Assembly: GCF_963921235.1 (NCBI RefSeq)
Contig: NC_086097.1
Span: 188,048,001 to 188,112,000 of the forward strand
Origin: Mobula hypostoma
Lineage: Eukaryota
DNA length: 64,000 bases
Direction of reading: 5' to 3'
Shown here: positions 38,953-52,074 of the stretch, one piece after another
How the letters are laid out: every line of letters starts with the position of its first letter
How positions within the stretch are numbered: position 1 is the stretch's first letter
Program-made: the position numbers and the translations under genes
Notes under the pieces: model-generated
Told to the model about the DNA's origin: nothing
The model's input: only the letters and a program-made list of their open reading frames with translations
Database searches by the model: none

Positions 38953-40054
38953 TGACATTGGTCAGGAGTCACCATACAGTGACCTATGTGTATGAGTGAC
39001 CTGAAACAATAGCAGGGTGAATAAATATTATAATCACAGATTCATAGAAATGTACAACACAGAAATGGACCCTATTGACCCACCTCATCCATTCAGTTCA
39101 AAGTTCAAAGTGAATTCATTATCAAAGTACATATATGTCACCATATACAATCCTGAGATGCATTTTCTTGTGGGCAATCACAGAAAATACAAAGAAACAC
39201 AATGGATTTAATGAAGGACCATACCCAACAAGAAAAACAAACAACTAATTGAGCAAGTAGAAAAAGAGAAGAAATAATAATAATAAATAAAAATGCAATA
39301 AATATCGAGAACATGAGTTGAAGAGTCCACAAGAGAGCCCATAGGTTGTGGGAATATTCAGTGATGGGGTGAGTAAGCTGAATGAAGTTATCCTCTCTAG
39401 TTCAAGAGGGTAACAACTGTTCCTGAACATAGGATCTGTTGGGTCTTGAGGCTGCTGCACCTCCTTCCTGATGGCAACAGCAAGAAAAGAGCATAGCCTT
39501 AACCTGAGAAAAAGACTGATCTTATCAATATCTCTCATGATTTGATAAACCTCTATAAGGTCACTCTATAAGCCTCCTTCATCTCAGGAATAAAACAGTC
39601 TCAGCCTAACCAGTCTCTCTTTGTAGCTCGAATGCTCTAGATCTGGCTACATGCTGATGAATCTTCTTTATACCCTCTCTAGCTTAATTACATCCTTCCT
39701 AATAGTATGGTGATCAGAACTGCATATAATATTCCAGATATAGTCTCACCAATGTCCTATACAGCTGTAACATGATGCCCTAATTCTAATACTCAATGCC
39801 CTTCCTTCCAATACTGCGTGATGTCCTGGTCATTTCCAGCATTTCTTGCCTTTGTAATCACTCCAATTTGTATTTCACAACTCATATGATTTTGCTTTGT
39901 TTTCTGACTTACTACTTCATTAATTTATCAAGCAGACAATTCTGCAAACAGCATTAATCTCAGCAACCCAAGGGTGAAGCCTTCTACAGATAATACATTT
40001 GCCCTACCATCACATCTCACTCTCTCTGCAACACAAAAAAAAAAATCATTTTAT

Positions 40055-40688
40055 TTGGAAAAGAGTACAGTCAACATCTCAGGCCGAGATCCTTCAGCAG
40101 GAATGGAGAAAAAAAGATGAGGAGTAGAGTTAAAAGGTGGGGGTAGTGGGATAAGAAACACAAGGTGATAGGTGAAATGGGGGTGTGAAATAAAGAGCTG
40201 GGAAGTTGACTGTTGAAAGAGATACAGGGCTGGAGAACAGGAAATCTAATAGGAGAGATCAGTAGGCCATGAAAGAAAGAAAAAGGGGGAGGAGCCCCAG
40301 AGGCAGGCAGGGAGATAAGGTGAGGCGGGGAAAAAAGGGATGGGGAGGTTTGTGAAATCAACGTTCGTGCTATCAGGTTGGAGTCCACCCAGATGGAATA
40401 CAAGGTTTTGCTCCTCCAACCCGGATGTGGCCTCATCGTAACAGTAAAGCAGGCCATGGATGGCCATGTCAGAATGGCAATGGGAAGTGGAATTAAAATG
40501 GGCAGCCACTGGGGGATCCCGCTTCTAACTCTGACTCCTCATCTTTTTTTCTCCAGTCCTGCTGAAAGGTCTCATACAGAAATGTGACTGTACTCTTTTC
40601 CATGGATGCTACCTGGCCTGTTGAGTTCCTTCAGCATTTTGTGTGTGTTGTTTTGGATTTCCAGCATCTGCAGATTTTCTCTTGTTTA
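40055..40688. mobile_element. Inverted-repeat PLE remnant (minus arm ~40055-40520, plus arm ~40521-40688)
   Basis: GIY-YIG C-terminus AAHFNSTSH.HSDM.IHGL in ORF 40246-40509; degenerate hammerheads at ~40068-40103 (-) and ~40555-40590 (+). Confidence 0.8.
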
Positions 40689-41289
40689 TAATTATGTTTA
40701 CTCATTTTCCCAAATCTGATAAAAGATCTTCGACGTCACATATTGTGTTACTTCTCCCATTGATGATGCCGAACCCTTTGAATACTTCTAGCATTTTCGT
40801 TTTCATTTTCTATTTCAGATTAGCAGCATCTGCAGAAAGTCTTACAACTGCAGAGGATATGTTACATACCTACATCATATAAGCAAGTGTTACTCTGTAA
40901 ATATAAGTTACAGTCTGTGTGTAAGAAAGAGAAAAAGAGTAAGAGAATGTCTGTGTATTGTATATTTGTTTGTGTGCAAGTGAGTGACAGATGTGGAATG
41001 AAGGAGAGTATATGTCAATGATAGAGTGTGAGATAGGGAGACTATTAACAGAGCAAAACAGAAAACTGCAAATGCAATGAAGCTGTGCTTTCACATAGTG
41101 AGTGTGGTCATGACACTTTGCGTCTCTCAAATGGTCTCTATGCTCCGCTAACATTCTCTCTCTCTCTCCAAAGCTTTGATATCCTTTCTAGAGCATGAAT
41201 GAACCAGTATTTTATAATAAAATGTTTATCATAATTTCCCAGTTTTTATAATCTAGTATGCAAATGCTCATATAATATCAAACTATGTT

Positions 41290-41850
41290 TACATTATACA
41301 ACCTGAAATTTGTCATCTTCACAGCTATCCACAAAAAAAAGAAACCCCCCATCGAATGAATGATAGAAACATTGATGCCCCAAAGCACCCCTCTTTGCAC
41401 AAGCAACAGCAAAAGCATTGCCCCACTCCTCCCCAAACCGCGCTAGCAGAAGCACCAACCCCCCCAACAAACACCCCCACAACCTCCACCATGCAAACAG
41501 CAGAAGTCTCCAAAAGATGTTACAATCTCCAAGCACACCCCCCCACCCCATTTTGAGGACCGACAGGCTCGAGAGACAGAGAGACACTGACTTCCAATCT
41601 CCCAGCCCCAAGAGCACACACCTTCCAGGTCACTCTCAGGGAGAGCGAAGTGTCAGGCTGCACAGTCAGTCCAAAAACTGCACTGCTTGTGAAGAACCAT
41701 AGTTTGAACTGTAGTTCACGGACTCTAAAAGAACCACAACTACCTTGAAAAGAAAAGAAAGACATAAGAGAAGTAAACTGTTACATGGATGAATTCAGAA
41801 AAGTTGCCTGGGTTTGCTGGGTCTGCGGGATCCACTGGCACCAGTTTCTA
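41290..41850 (-). mobile_element. Non-coding non-autonomous retroelement related to 15605-17373
   Basis: Similar GT-rich 3' region ending aatttcaggttgtataatgt; ctggtgccag head. Confidence 0.45.
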
Positions 41851-41859
41851 TGAATTGCC

Positions 41860-42445
41860 TTTTGAGGCTGAGGAGGTCCACCTTATCATCAATCACTTTA
41901 ATACACTTCTACAGATACATTGCTGAAAGTATCCTGACTGTTTTCATCATGATCTAGTAGCGCAATTTGAATGCACAGGAACATAAGAAGCTGCAGAGAT
42001 TAATGGATTCTGCCTAATACCTGACAGGCACATCCCTCACTACCATTGATGGTATATCTACAGGAGGTGCTGCCTCAAGAAGGCAACGTTAATCATCAAA
42101 TATCCCCACCAGCCAAGCCATGCATCCTTTTGCAGCTTCTAATCAGGCAGGAGGTACAAAATCCTGAAGTCACACACCACCTGGTTCAAGAACAGCTACT
42201 TCCCTTCAATCATTTGATTCTTGAACCAACTGGCAAAACCCTAATCACTATACTTTAGTGACACTGAGCATTTTGACCAATTAACTTTTGTTCTAATTGC
42301 TTTCTTGTAATAAAAATGTATAATTTATGCTTTTTTTTAATGAATGCTGCTGATATGATGTTATATGTCTGTGACGCTGCTTCAAGCAAGTTTTTCATTA
42401 CACCTGTGCATACATACAATTGTGAATATGTCAATAAACTCTGCC
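41860..42445 (+). mobile_element. Decayed Rex1/Babar 3' fragment
   Basis: Homologous to 3750-4140 (FYR..ESILT, IIK.P.HP, R.NSYFP motifs) and ends with AATAAA. Confidence 0.7.
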
Positions 42446-42628
42446 ATGACTTTGTCCTGCTCTCTTGAAAGATTTGTCTATTTACATTCATAGGTCCATC
42501 TGTACCTGCATCCTTTCAAAATGTTATTATCTAATTAATATTTTCACTTGTCATAAATACTAAATGTTGATAAACAAAATAAAAGCAAAATAATGGAGGT
42601 GCTGACTGAACTGAAATAAAACAGAAAA

Positions 42629-43520
42629 TTAGTAAATTTGCTGATGACACAAAGGTTGGGGGTGTTGTGGATAGTGTGGAGGGCTGTCAGAGGTTACAGC
42701 GGGACATTGATAGGATGCAAAACTGGGCTGAGAAGTGGAAGATGGAGTTCAACCCAGATAAATGTGAGGTGGTTCATTTTGGTAGGTCAAATATGATGGC
42801 AGAATATAGTATTAATGGCAAGGCAAGACTCTTGGCAAAATGGAGGATCAGAGGGATCTTGGGTCCGAGTCTATAGAACACTCAAACATGCTATGCAAGT
42901 TGACTCTGTGGTTAAGAAGGCACACGGAGCATTGGCCTTCATCAATCGCGATATTGAGTTTAAGAGCTGAGAGGTAATGTTGCAGCTGTATAGGACCCTG
43001 GTCAGATCCCACTTGGAGTACTGTGCTCAATTCAGGATACCTCACTACAGGAAGGACATGGAAACCATAGAAAAGGTGCGGAGGAGATTTACAAGGATGT
43101 TGCCTGGATTGGGGAGTATGCCTTATGAGAATAGGTTGAGTGAACTCAGCCATTTTTCCTTGGAGTGACAAAGGATGAGAGGTGACCTGATAGAGGTGTT
43201 CAAGATAATGAGAGGCATTGATAGTATGGATAGTCAGAGGCTTTTTCCCAGGGCTGAGAGGGCATAGTTTTAAGGTGCTTGGAAGGAGGTACAGAGGTGT
43301 CAGAGGTAACCTTTTTTTTTTACGCAGAGTGTGATGAGTGCGTAGAATGGGCTGCCAGTGGTGGTGGTGGAGGCAGAAATGATAGGGTCTGGATGGCTAT
43401 ATGGAACTTAGAAAAATAGAGGGTTACAGGTAAGCCTAGGTAGTTCTAAGGTAAGGACATGTTCAGCATAGCTTTGTGGGCCGAAGGGCCTGTATTGTGC
43501 TGTAGGTTTTCTATGTTTCT
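42629..43520 (+). mobile_element. CR1 3' fragment (same subfamily as 30984-32750) inserted in a small palindromic PLE remnant
   Basis: SKFADDTKVGGVVDSVEGCQRLQRDIDR; flanked by agaaaat on both sides; host arms at ~42590-42628 and 43521-43612. Confidence 0.85.
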
Positions 43521-43710
43521 AGAAAATACTGCAAAAACTTAGCTGGTGAAGCATCATCTGTGGAAAGTCTGCCTGACCTGCTGAGTATTTCTAGCATTTC
43601 CTGTTTGATTTCAAAAAACAGCTTTTAGCACTCCTATGCATTAAATTTTATAAGCCTCCCCATTTGAAAGGTGTATCAGTTGTCCTAAGTTCATTACCAT
43701 CATTAGCTAA

Positions 43711-44061
43711 GGGCAGCATGGTAGCATCAGGGTGGCACAGTAGTAAAGCAGCTCATGTAATTCTTTATATGGTGCCAGCAGCCAGGGTTCCATTGCTGCC
43801 GTTATCTGTAAGGAGTTTGTACTATCTCCCCGTGACCACATGGCTTTCCTCTGGGTGCTCTGGTTTCCTTACACGTTCCAAAGATGAACAGGTTCATAAG
43901 CATTAGCATGTTGTGAGGATGGAAGCACGGTGACACTTGCAAGCTGCCCCCAGCATATTCTTGGATCAGGTAGGTCATTGATGCAAACAACACATTTCAC
44001 CGTATGTTTCGTTGTTTAAATGTACATGTGACAAAGCTAATTATCTCTATCTTTATCTTTA
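43711..44061 (+). mobile_element. tRNA-derived SINE with V-SINE-like core
   Basis: tRNA-like head, core tggctttcctctgggtgctctggtttccttacac, and a (TATCTT)n tail. Confidence 0.7.
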
Positions 44062-45140
44062 CCATCTTAAACATTGTTTGTTATTTTTCAAAATTGTGTC
44101 ATTATAACCAAAAGTACTTACTTTAAATGAAACGGTTGTAATAATACTGACTATATTCTTATGCTTCACTCTAGTTTGGTGAACACTCCTGTCTGCTTTC
44201 CGTTCCCAAGTCATTCTTGTAAAAAATGCTGTCACCTCTTACTTAATCCCAAGCTCATTATTTTTGCCAATTGCTCTACTGGCTGCCACTTTAAAACACA
44301 TATCAAATAATAATTTACACTTGTCACCACATCTACTACTTAAAATCAATCATCCATTAGACATGAATTGTCTTTACTTAATCTTTCCAAACATTAATTT
44401 ATTATCCTGCAGTTTTCCAAGAGACAATTAATTTTGTTGTGGGTTATTACAACCCCTAACATTTACACTTCACAGATCTCAAGTTGTCCAATCTGTAACT
44501 GCCTTCATACTTTAATCAGTTCCTCGGGATGCACAAATCCCCACTTGAGTGCTAAAACTACCGGTGAGTCCTGTTAGTGTGCTGTCTGATGCTGCAGACA
44601 ATTAGAATGGCAAAGTCATCCTTCAAACGTCAATGAATCCCAGTCATTAAAATGTCACACCTCACACAAGCAGTGGCCAAGGACATAGTCTGCAGGACTC
44701 TTATCATGAGTTAAAAGGATTGTTGGTGCATATGAATCAGTTCCAAATTTTGTATGTTACTGTCAATAGCATCTGTATTTGCATAATGGATTAAATCCTG
44801 TTAGTTGGATTTTACTCACAAAATCCAGTCATTATAAAGTTTACTACAACAGCAATCTTGTGTAATTTAAAAGCAATAAAGACTATTGTTTTTGAAATCC
44901 TTCAATACTTTGATAAAGGAATCTATGAACTTAACTTGCTATTTTCTCCCCTAATAATTATGTTCCTGTTCTTGAACTTGTTCATCAAGAATCATAAGTA
45001 GGTGGGGTTAGTTTCAAGCTTTGCACAAAAGTTTATCGTCATGTGCTATGTTATATGGCTCATTGGATCATGGTCTTGTGGCCATGATTGTTCTTAGCAA
45101 GTTTTTCTACAGAAGTGGCTTGTGGGCAATGTCTTTACTA

Positions 45141-45737
45141 TGTTATGTGCCAGCAGCAACAGATCAAACTCAGTTTTTAATGTTAAACAACTATATTTTC
45201 AGTGTCTACCCAAAATACACACAATTAAGCAAATTAAACAAAAATTAACAGTGCTATGCATTTGTAGCTCACAAACGGTGTCAGGTTTGGGAACAGTTCT
45301 TCTTAAATCTTACTCAAACACAGTCCCAGAAATGGCAATCCAGATGACTCCAGAAATCCACGGAAACAGGTGAGGGAAAGAAATTTGTAAATCCACACTA
45401 AGATGACACCAAGTGGCGATCACGGAAAATTCCAGAGGATCCACGCTGGGAAAACAAGATAGCAGTCACAGCAGATTCCAGACGTTGAGTAGCATTCCAA
45501 AATCCACCGAGGGATATCACAAGGTGACAGTCATGAAATATTCCCTAAACACAAGTTGTCAACTCTTCAACTATCTCCACCCAGCTCGCTCTCCTGCTGG
45601 TAGCTCGCAGTCCGCTGTTCCTTCTCTGCTGAATGTCCCAGAAACCTGTCTGCATTTTGTTATAATGACGTCATCCACCCACCTCGTTCAGGCGCTTAAA
45701 ATGACGCTAGCAGTAAAAAAAATGTTGACACGTAACA
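45141..45737. mobile_element. Probable solo LTR nested in another repeat (~45030-45980)
   Basis: TG...CA ends with a 15-bp imperfect terminal inverted match (TGTTATGTGCCAGCA vs TGTTACGTGTCAACA); no clean TSD. Confidence 0.55.
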
Positions 45738-47812
45738 AGATGGGTGACCGCAGCCATTATCAATACTCTTCAGATTGTCTGTCAGTAATTTCATAACTAG
45801 CACTTGTGATATGCACCAGCTACTCATACGACCATCCACCACATGCACCCAAGGTTTCATGTGACCCTGATCGGGGGGGGAGGGGCTAAGCAAGTGCTAG
45901 ACCTTGCTCAAGGGTGACCTGCAGGCGAGAGAAGGAGAACTTGCATCTCCTTTGGTAGAGATTTTTCTCCACCACACCACCTAAGAAGTTACCAAAATTA
46001 CCATTGATAAATCTAGCAGCAACAGCAATGTGTAATCTTGGAAAAAACTTATGATAACACTCTACATATAATTAACATTAACAAGTTAGTTTTCTACAAA
46101 CCAATGGCAATATTTCTAGTGCAAGAATAACATAAGTTTCTAACAAAGAACTATACTAACAATCTCTAAATTTTAAAGAATAACCTACCCATTTTCATCT
46201 AAAAGCACAAAAGCTTCTGATTGCAAGTAACTGAAAGTCAGCCAGCCCTTCTTTGACACTAAAGTCATTGGGTTCAACAGGAAGGTGAGAACTTCAGCTA
46301 GACGCCTCCAACATTTAAACTACAAACTTGCCAGAAAGTTTAAGGTTGAATATCAATTTCTCCTTCCAGTAAATGAATCTCCTCCACCCCCATTGTTCAA
46401 AATTTTTAGTCTTTTTAAAGTGCCAGATGTTTTTGAATTTCTCAGAAACATTCAGTGCGTTTTTTTTTAAAAGAAACATGATTTCAATATTTGAGACTAA
46501 AACTTAAATGACTGTTAAGTTATGGCTTAATTAACTGTCAATTATTTTCTCCCATTTTGATTTTGTGAAAAGGATGAGGCTCAACCTTCCTTTACGTCAT
46601 TAGACTCCTGTCTAATGCTTTGCTAGCGAGAACATTCTCAAGCTCCGTTGGGGGGAGACATAGAAATTAATGCAATACTTTTTCAGCAAGGTCAGTGACA
46701 AGTGCTATTAGCTTACAAAACCCACCTTAATGTACTACATTCCAGTTAAAAATGAAAACATCATGGAAATAAAAAGTCTCATTTATTTTAGTTAGACTGC
46801 CTTTTAAGACAATATGAGATACCACAGATAAATTAGCTGATGCTTTAACATGGTGACATTATTTATTTATGAAACTAATTAAACTGAAAGAATATGAAGA
46901 GTTTTGCGGATCATTGGTCACCTTGCAAACAGCTGTGAATAGAATTTAATGAGTTATATGTAATTTGTCATATTTCAGCATTTTAGCACTCCCAATCATG
47001 CTAAGATGCAACAATATGATTTGTGTACTGAAGGTCCTGCTTATATAATATCTAAGATAATCTGCATAATTATAGTAGTCATCCTGACACCCTTAATAAG
47101 TCATTGCAAGTAATACAGAACCAGCAAAGCGAAAATTTGGTGGACAAGTACAGATGGTATGGAAGCAGGTGCAGACATTCTAAGAAAAAGTAATTTTCAG
47201 CACCAACCCAGACTTGGTTGCTTCACTAAGGAACATTAGGTGGCACAGAAGAAAACTGTTGAACAGAACTAAGAGATTATTAGTGCAAAGGGGTGATCAA
47301 TGAAAATATCATTTAAGGTGACAGGTGTTTCCCACAAGACTTTGTATTTCATCAGATCTAACACTACCACTTCAAGAAAGATATTGGTAAGTTGCAGATG
47401 CACTTTGCAGGAATTAAGATCAAATTCCCTACACTGGATGAATGCTTGCAGCTACTTTGTCAATACTTTCCAGTGCACTGTTCAGCAAAGATTTTTTACA
47501 ATGCAAGTTTTAAAGAACTTTGGAGCCCTTCAAACAAACCAGCAGGATGGTAGCTAACTATGATGCTTTGACAGCACATCACACAGCAGCAACAGGAGGT
47601 GGAAAGGAGCAGGTCTGAAAAATCAAAAGGCACATCGAATGTAACAAAGGTTACACTAACATACTGATCATGCCATTGGCCTAATAACACGGAAGACTGA
47701 ACTAACGATCTGGGAAACAACAGGAATTCTGCAGATGCTGGAAATTCAAGCAACACACATCAAAGTTGCTGGTGAACGCAGCAGGCCAAGCAGCATCTAT
47801 AGGAAGAGGCGC

Positions 47813-47848
47813 AGTCGACGTTTCAGGCCAAGACCCTTCGTCAGGACT
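47813..47848 (-). ncRNA. Minimal type I hammerhead ribozyme, intact core
   Basis: AGUC-CUGACGA-AGG(GUCUUGG)CCU-GAAA-CG-UC/GACU: stem I AGUC:GACU, stem II AGG:CCU, palindromic ACGU stem III; predicted cut between 47817 and 47816. Confidence 0.85.
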
Positions 47849-48150
47849 AACTGAAGGAAGAGTGAGTAAGGGATTTGAAAGCTGGAGGGGGAGGGGGAGG
47901 GGGAGATGCAAAATGATAGGAGAAGACAGGAGGGGGAGGGATAGAGCCGAGAGCTGGACAGGTGATAGGCAAAAGGGGATACGAGAGGATCATGGGACAG
48001 GAGGTCCGGGAAGAAAGACAAGGGGGGGGAGTGACCCAGAGGATGGGCAAGAGGTATATTCAGAGGGACAGAGGGAGAAAAAGGAGAGTGAGAGAAAGAA
48101 TGTGTGCATAAAAATGAGTAACAGATGGGGTACGAGGGGGAGGTGGGGCC

Positions 48151-50805
48151 TTAGCGGAAGTTAGAGAAGTCAATGTTCATGCCATCAGGTTGGAGGCTAC
48201 CCAGACGGAATATAAGGTGTTGTTCCTCCAACCTGAGTGTGGCTTCATCTTTACAGTAGAGGAGGCCGTGGATAGACATGTCAGAATGGGAATGGGATAT
48301 GGAATTAAAATGTGTGGCCACTGGGAGATCCTGCTTTCTCTGGCGGACAGAGCGTAGATGTTCAGCAAAGCGGTCTCCCAGTCTGCGTCGGGTCTCACCA
48401 ATATATAAAAGGCCTCATCGGGAGCACCGGACGCAGTATATCACCCCAGTCGACTCACAGGTGAAGTGATGCCTCACCTGGAAGGACTGTTTGGGGCCCT
48501 GAATGGTGGTAAGGGAGGAAGTGTAAGGGCATGTGTAGCACTTGTTCCGCTTACACGGATAAGTGCCAGGAGGGAGATCAGTGGGGAGGGATGGGGGGGA
48601 CGAATGGACAAGGGAGTTGTGTAGGGAGCGATCCCTGCGGAATGCAGGGGGGGGGAGGGAAAGATGTGCTTAGTGGTGGGATCCCGTTGAAGGTGGCGGA
48701 AGTTACGGAGAATAATATGTTGGACCCGGAGGCTGGTGGGGTGGTAGGTGAGGACCAGGGGAACCCTATTCCTAGTGGGGTGGTGGGAGGATGGAGTGAG
48801 AGCAGATGTACGTGAAATGGGGGAGATGCGTTTAAGAGCAGAGTTGATAGTGGAGGAAGGGAAGCCCCTTTCTTTAAAAAATGAAGACATCTCCCTCGTC
48901 CTAGAACGAAAAGCCTCATTCTGATAGCAGATGCGGCGGAGACGGAGGAATTGCGAGAAGGGGATGGCGTTTTTGCAGGAGACAGGGTGAGAAGAGGAAT
49001 AGTCCAGATAGCTGTGAGAGTCAGTAGGCTTATACTAGACATCAGTGGATAAGCTGTCTCCAGAGACAGAGACAGAAAGATCTAGAAAGGGGAGGGAGGT
49101 GTCGGAAATGGACCAGGTAAACTTGAGGGCAGGGTGAAAGTTGGAGGCAAAGTTAATAAAGTCAACGAGTTCTGCATGCGTGCAGGAAGCAGCGCCAATG
49201 CAGTCATCGATGTAGCGAAGGAAAAGTGGGGGACAGATACCAGAATAGGCACGGAACATAGATTGTTCCACAAACCCAACAAAAAGGCAGGCATAGCTAG
49301 GACCCATACGGGTGCCCATAGCTACACCTTTAGTTTGGAGGAAATGGGAGGAGCAAAAGGAGAAATTATTAAGAGTAAGGACTAATTCCGCTAGACGGAG
49401 CAGAGTGGTGGTAGAGGGGAACTGATTAGGTCTGGAATCCAAAAAGAAGCGTAGAGCTTTGAGACCTTCCTGATGGGGGATGGAAGTATATAAGGACTGG
49501 ACATCCATGGTGAAAATAAAGCGGTGGGGGCCAGGGAACTTAAAATCATCAAAAAGTTTAAGAGCGTGAGAAGTGTCACGAACATAGGTCGGAAGGGATT
49601 GAACAAGGGGTGATAAAACAGTGTCGAGGTATGCAGAAACGAGTTCGGTGGGGCAGGAGCAAGCTGAGACAATAGGTCGGCCAGGACAGGCAGGTTTGTG
49701 GATCTTGGGTAGGAGGTAGAAACGGGAAGTGCGGGGTGTGGGAACTATAAGGTTGGTAGCAGTGGATGGGAGATCCCCTGAGCGGATAAAGTCGTTGATA
49801 GTGTGGGAGACAATGGCCTGGTGCTCCTTAGTGGGGTCACGATCGAGGGGTAAATAAGAGGAGGTATCCACGAGTTGTCGCTGTGCCTCGGCAAGGTAGA
49901 GGTCAGTACGCCAGACTACAACAGCACCCCCTTTATCAGCGGGTTTAATAATAATGTTAGGATTAGTGCGGAGGGAGTGGAGAGCAGAGCGTTCCGAAGG
50001 AGTGAGGTTGGAATGGGGACAAGGTGCGGTGAAGTCGAGACGGTTGATGTCCCGTTGGCAGTTGGCAATAAAGAGATCCAGAGCAGGCAGAAGACCAGAG
50101 CGGGGTGTCCATGAAGAAGAGGAGGGTTGAAGACGGGAGAAGGGGTCATCGGTGGGGGTGGAAGAGTCCTTGCCGAAGAAGTAGGCTCGGAGATGGAGAC
50201 GGCGGAAGAAAAGTTCCGCATCGTGGCGAACACGGAACTCGCTGAGGTGTGGGCGAAGGGGGACAAACGTGAGGCCCTTACTGAGAACAGAGCGTTCTGC
50301 CTCCGACAGTTGAAGGTCGGAGGGGATGGTAAAGACCCGGCACGGATGAGAGCTGGGATCAGAGGGGGGAGGGGGGAGGCTGGTGGTGTCAGTGGAGAGG
50401 GGAGGGTTGGGGTGAGAGAAAGATGGAGCCTCTGAGGGCCCAGGAGCTGACGGTGGGATCTGAGGAAGACGGGGCTGCGGAGTGGTGGTGGGGGAAGGGG
50501 AGACGGGAGTCACAACAGCAGCACATAAAGACCCGGCCTGGAGTTCAAGGCTGGAGTTGCAGTTGGTGGTTGCGTAATCACTTCGAATGTGTCCATGGTC
50601 GTTGCTGGAGTCCGGGTTTTGAATATGTCCTGAGGTGTTGGAGCCGCCGAGATCAATGGCAGGGGCCGCAATTGAAAGTTCATGCCTGCTAGCGTCGGGG
50701 CCGGCAGGCTCTGGAGTCCGTAGATGTAAGATCTTGCGATCTTTGCCTAACATGACAAAGTCAAAAAAACGGCGATTGCAGGCGTGGATCCGACGGAGGA
50801 TGAAA
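48151..50805 (-). pseudogene. Disrupted PLE RT-GIY-YIG ORF
   Basis: Frame is open upstream of the Met at 50753 up to the truncation. TAG at 49035-49037, 1-nt loss in the poly-C at ~48647-48655, TGA at 48415-48417 within VIYCVRCSR*GLLYIGET, terminal TAA at 48151-48153. Confidence 0.88.
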
Positions 50806-50890
50806 TAACGATCTGGGACATAATTTCAAATCCCACTACAATAAATGGGGAATTTAAATACTGGAAGTTTTAAAAAATACATTTGTACTA

Positions 50891-51548
50891 AACAACACAC
50901 ATCAAAGTTGCTGGTGAACGCAGCAGGCCAGGCTGCATCTCTGGGAAGAGGTACAGTCGATGTTTCAGGCCGAGACCCATCGTCAGGACTAACTGGAAGA
51001 AGAGCTAGTAAGAGATTTGAAAGTGGGAGAGAGAGGGGGAGATCCAAAATGATAGGAGAAGACAAGAGGGGGAGGGATGGAGCCAAGAGCTGGACAGGTG
51101 ATTGGCAAAAGGGATATGTGAGAATTATGGGACAAGAGGCCTAGGAAGAAAGAAAAGGGGGAGCAGGGGAAAAACACAGAGGATAGAAAGGGGTATAGTG
51201 AGAGGGACAGAGGGAGAAAAAGGAGAAAGAGAAAAAGAATGTGTGTATATAAATAAATAACGGATGGAGTATGAGGGGGTGGTGGGGCATTAGCGGAAGT
51301 TTGAGAAGTCGCTCTGTCCCCCAGAGAAAGCAGGATCTCCCAGTGGCCACACATTTTAATTCCACCTCCTATTCCCATTCTGATATGTCTATCCACGGCC
51401 TCCTCTACTGTAAAGATGAAGCCACACTCAGGTTGGAGGAACAACACCTTATATTCCGTCTGGGTAGCCTCCAACTTGATGGCATGAACATTGACTTCTC
51501 AAACTTCCGCTAATGCCCCACCTACCCCTCGTACCCCATCTGTTATTT
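50891..51548. mobile_element. PLE 3' fragment with 5' inversion (minus arm 50891-51310, plus arm 51311-51548)
   Basis: Plus arm encodes QDLPVATHFNSTS..GMNIDFSNFR; the minus arm carries the UTR, hammerhead and tail of a slightly different subfamily. Confidence 0.88.
50955..50990 (-). ncRNA. Minimal type I hammerhead ribozyme, core intact but stems II/III altered
   Basis: AGUC-CUGACGA-UGG(GUCUCGG)CCU-GAAA-CA-UC/GACU. Confidence 0.65.
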
Positions 51549-51745
51549 GTGGAATTTGTTGGCACATGCAGCTGTGGAGTCAGGTCGTTAAGTGTATTTA
51601 AGGCAGAGATTGATAGGTTCTTGATTGGACATGACATCAAAGGTTACAGGAGAGAAGGCCGGTAACTGGGGTTGAGGAGGAGACTAAAAAAAAATGATCA
51701 GCCATGATTGAATAGCAGACCAGACTCGATGGGCCAGACGGCCTA
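51549..51745 (+). mobile_element. CR1 3' end fragment
   Basis: tgtggaatt...gtatttaaggcagagattgataggttcttg...gactcgatgggccagacggccta. Confidence 0.7.
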
Positions 51746-52074
51746 AACACTGGCATTAGACAATTGTATACACAAGACATAGCAATTTTAAAGATGAATG
51801 TTATATTTTATTTTGGTTGTGATAAACAAATTGCTGTAGATCATATCAGAAAGGTAGCACATTGTATAAGATTTTGCAAAGGAATATTACTAACCAACTT
51901 AAAATATTTCTTGATATTAGATTAAGTTGCAGACTTTACACTAACATTCAATTATTAGCAATCATAATCGAGTTCAACAACATATTTAAAAGTGAGAAAC
52001 ACAAAACAGTTACTGAGATTTTAGATCAAAGCAAGATTTCAATAGGATGAAACAAAAACAGCCATGGTAAACTA

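Larger units (their letters stand above)
47716..50805 (-). mobile_element. Young Penelope-like element (Neptune-type), 5'-truncated, 13-bp TSD
   Basis: PLE RT (IKPADKG, FYLLPKIHK, GRPIVS, MDVQSLYTSIP, GVAMG, RYIDD), Cys-rich linker and GIY-YIG endonuclease; TSD taacgatctggga at 47703-47715 and 50806-50818. Confidence 0.93.

Noticed and set aside
43711..43800. Functional tRNA gene
   Set aside because: It is a degenerate tRNA-like SINE head with no complete cloverleaf.
47766..48164. Repeated Gly/Arg/Glu-rich ORFs (also 62590-63006, 7161-7355)
   Set aside because: Translations of the purine-rich PLE UTR, which simply lacks stop codons.
49035..50753. 572-aa ORF as an intact or domesticated RT gene
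   Set aside because: The Met is internal to a 5'-truncated ORF, it ends at a premature stop, and the downstream endonuclease has a frameshift and a stop.
47716..51548. One complete PLE with direct pseudo-LTRs on both sides
   Set aside because: A 13-bp TSD closes the first element at 50805, about 70 bp of unrelated DNA follows, and the second arm differs in sequence. These are two independent insertions.
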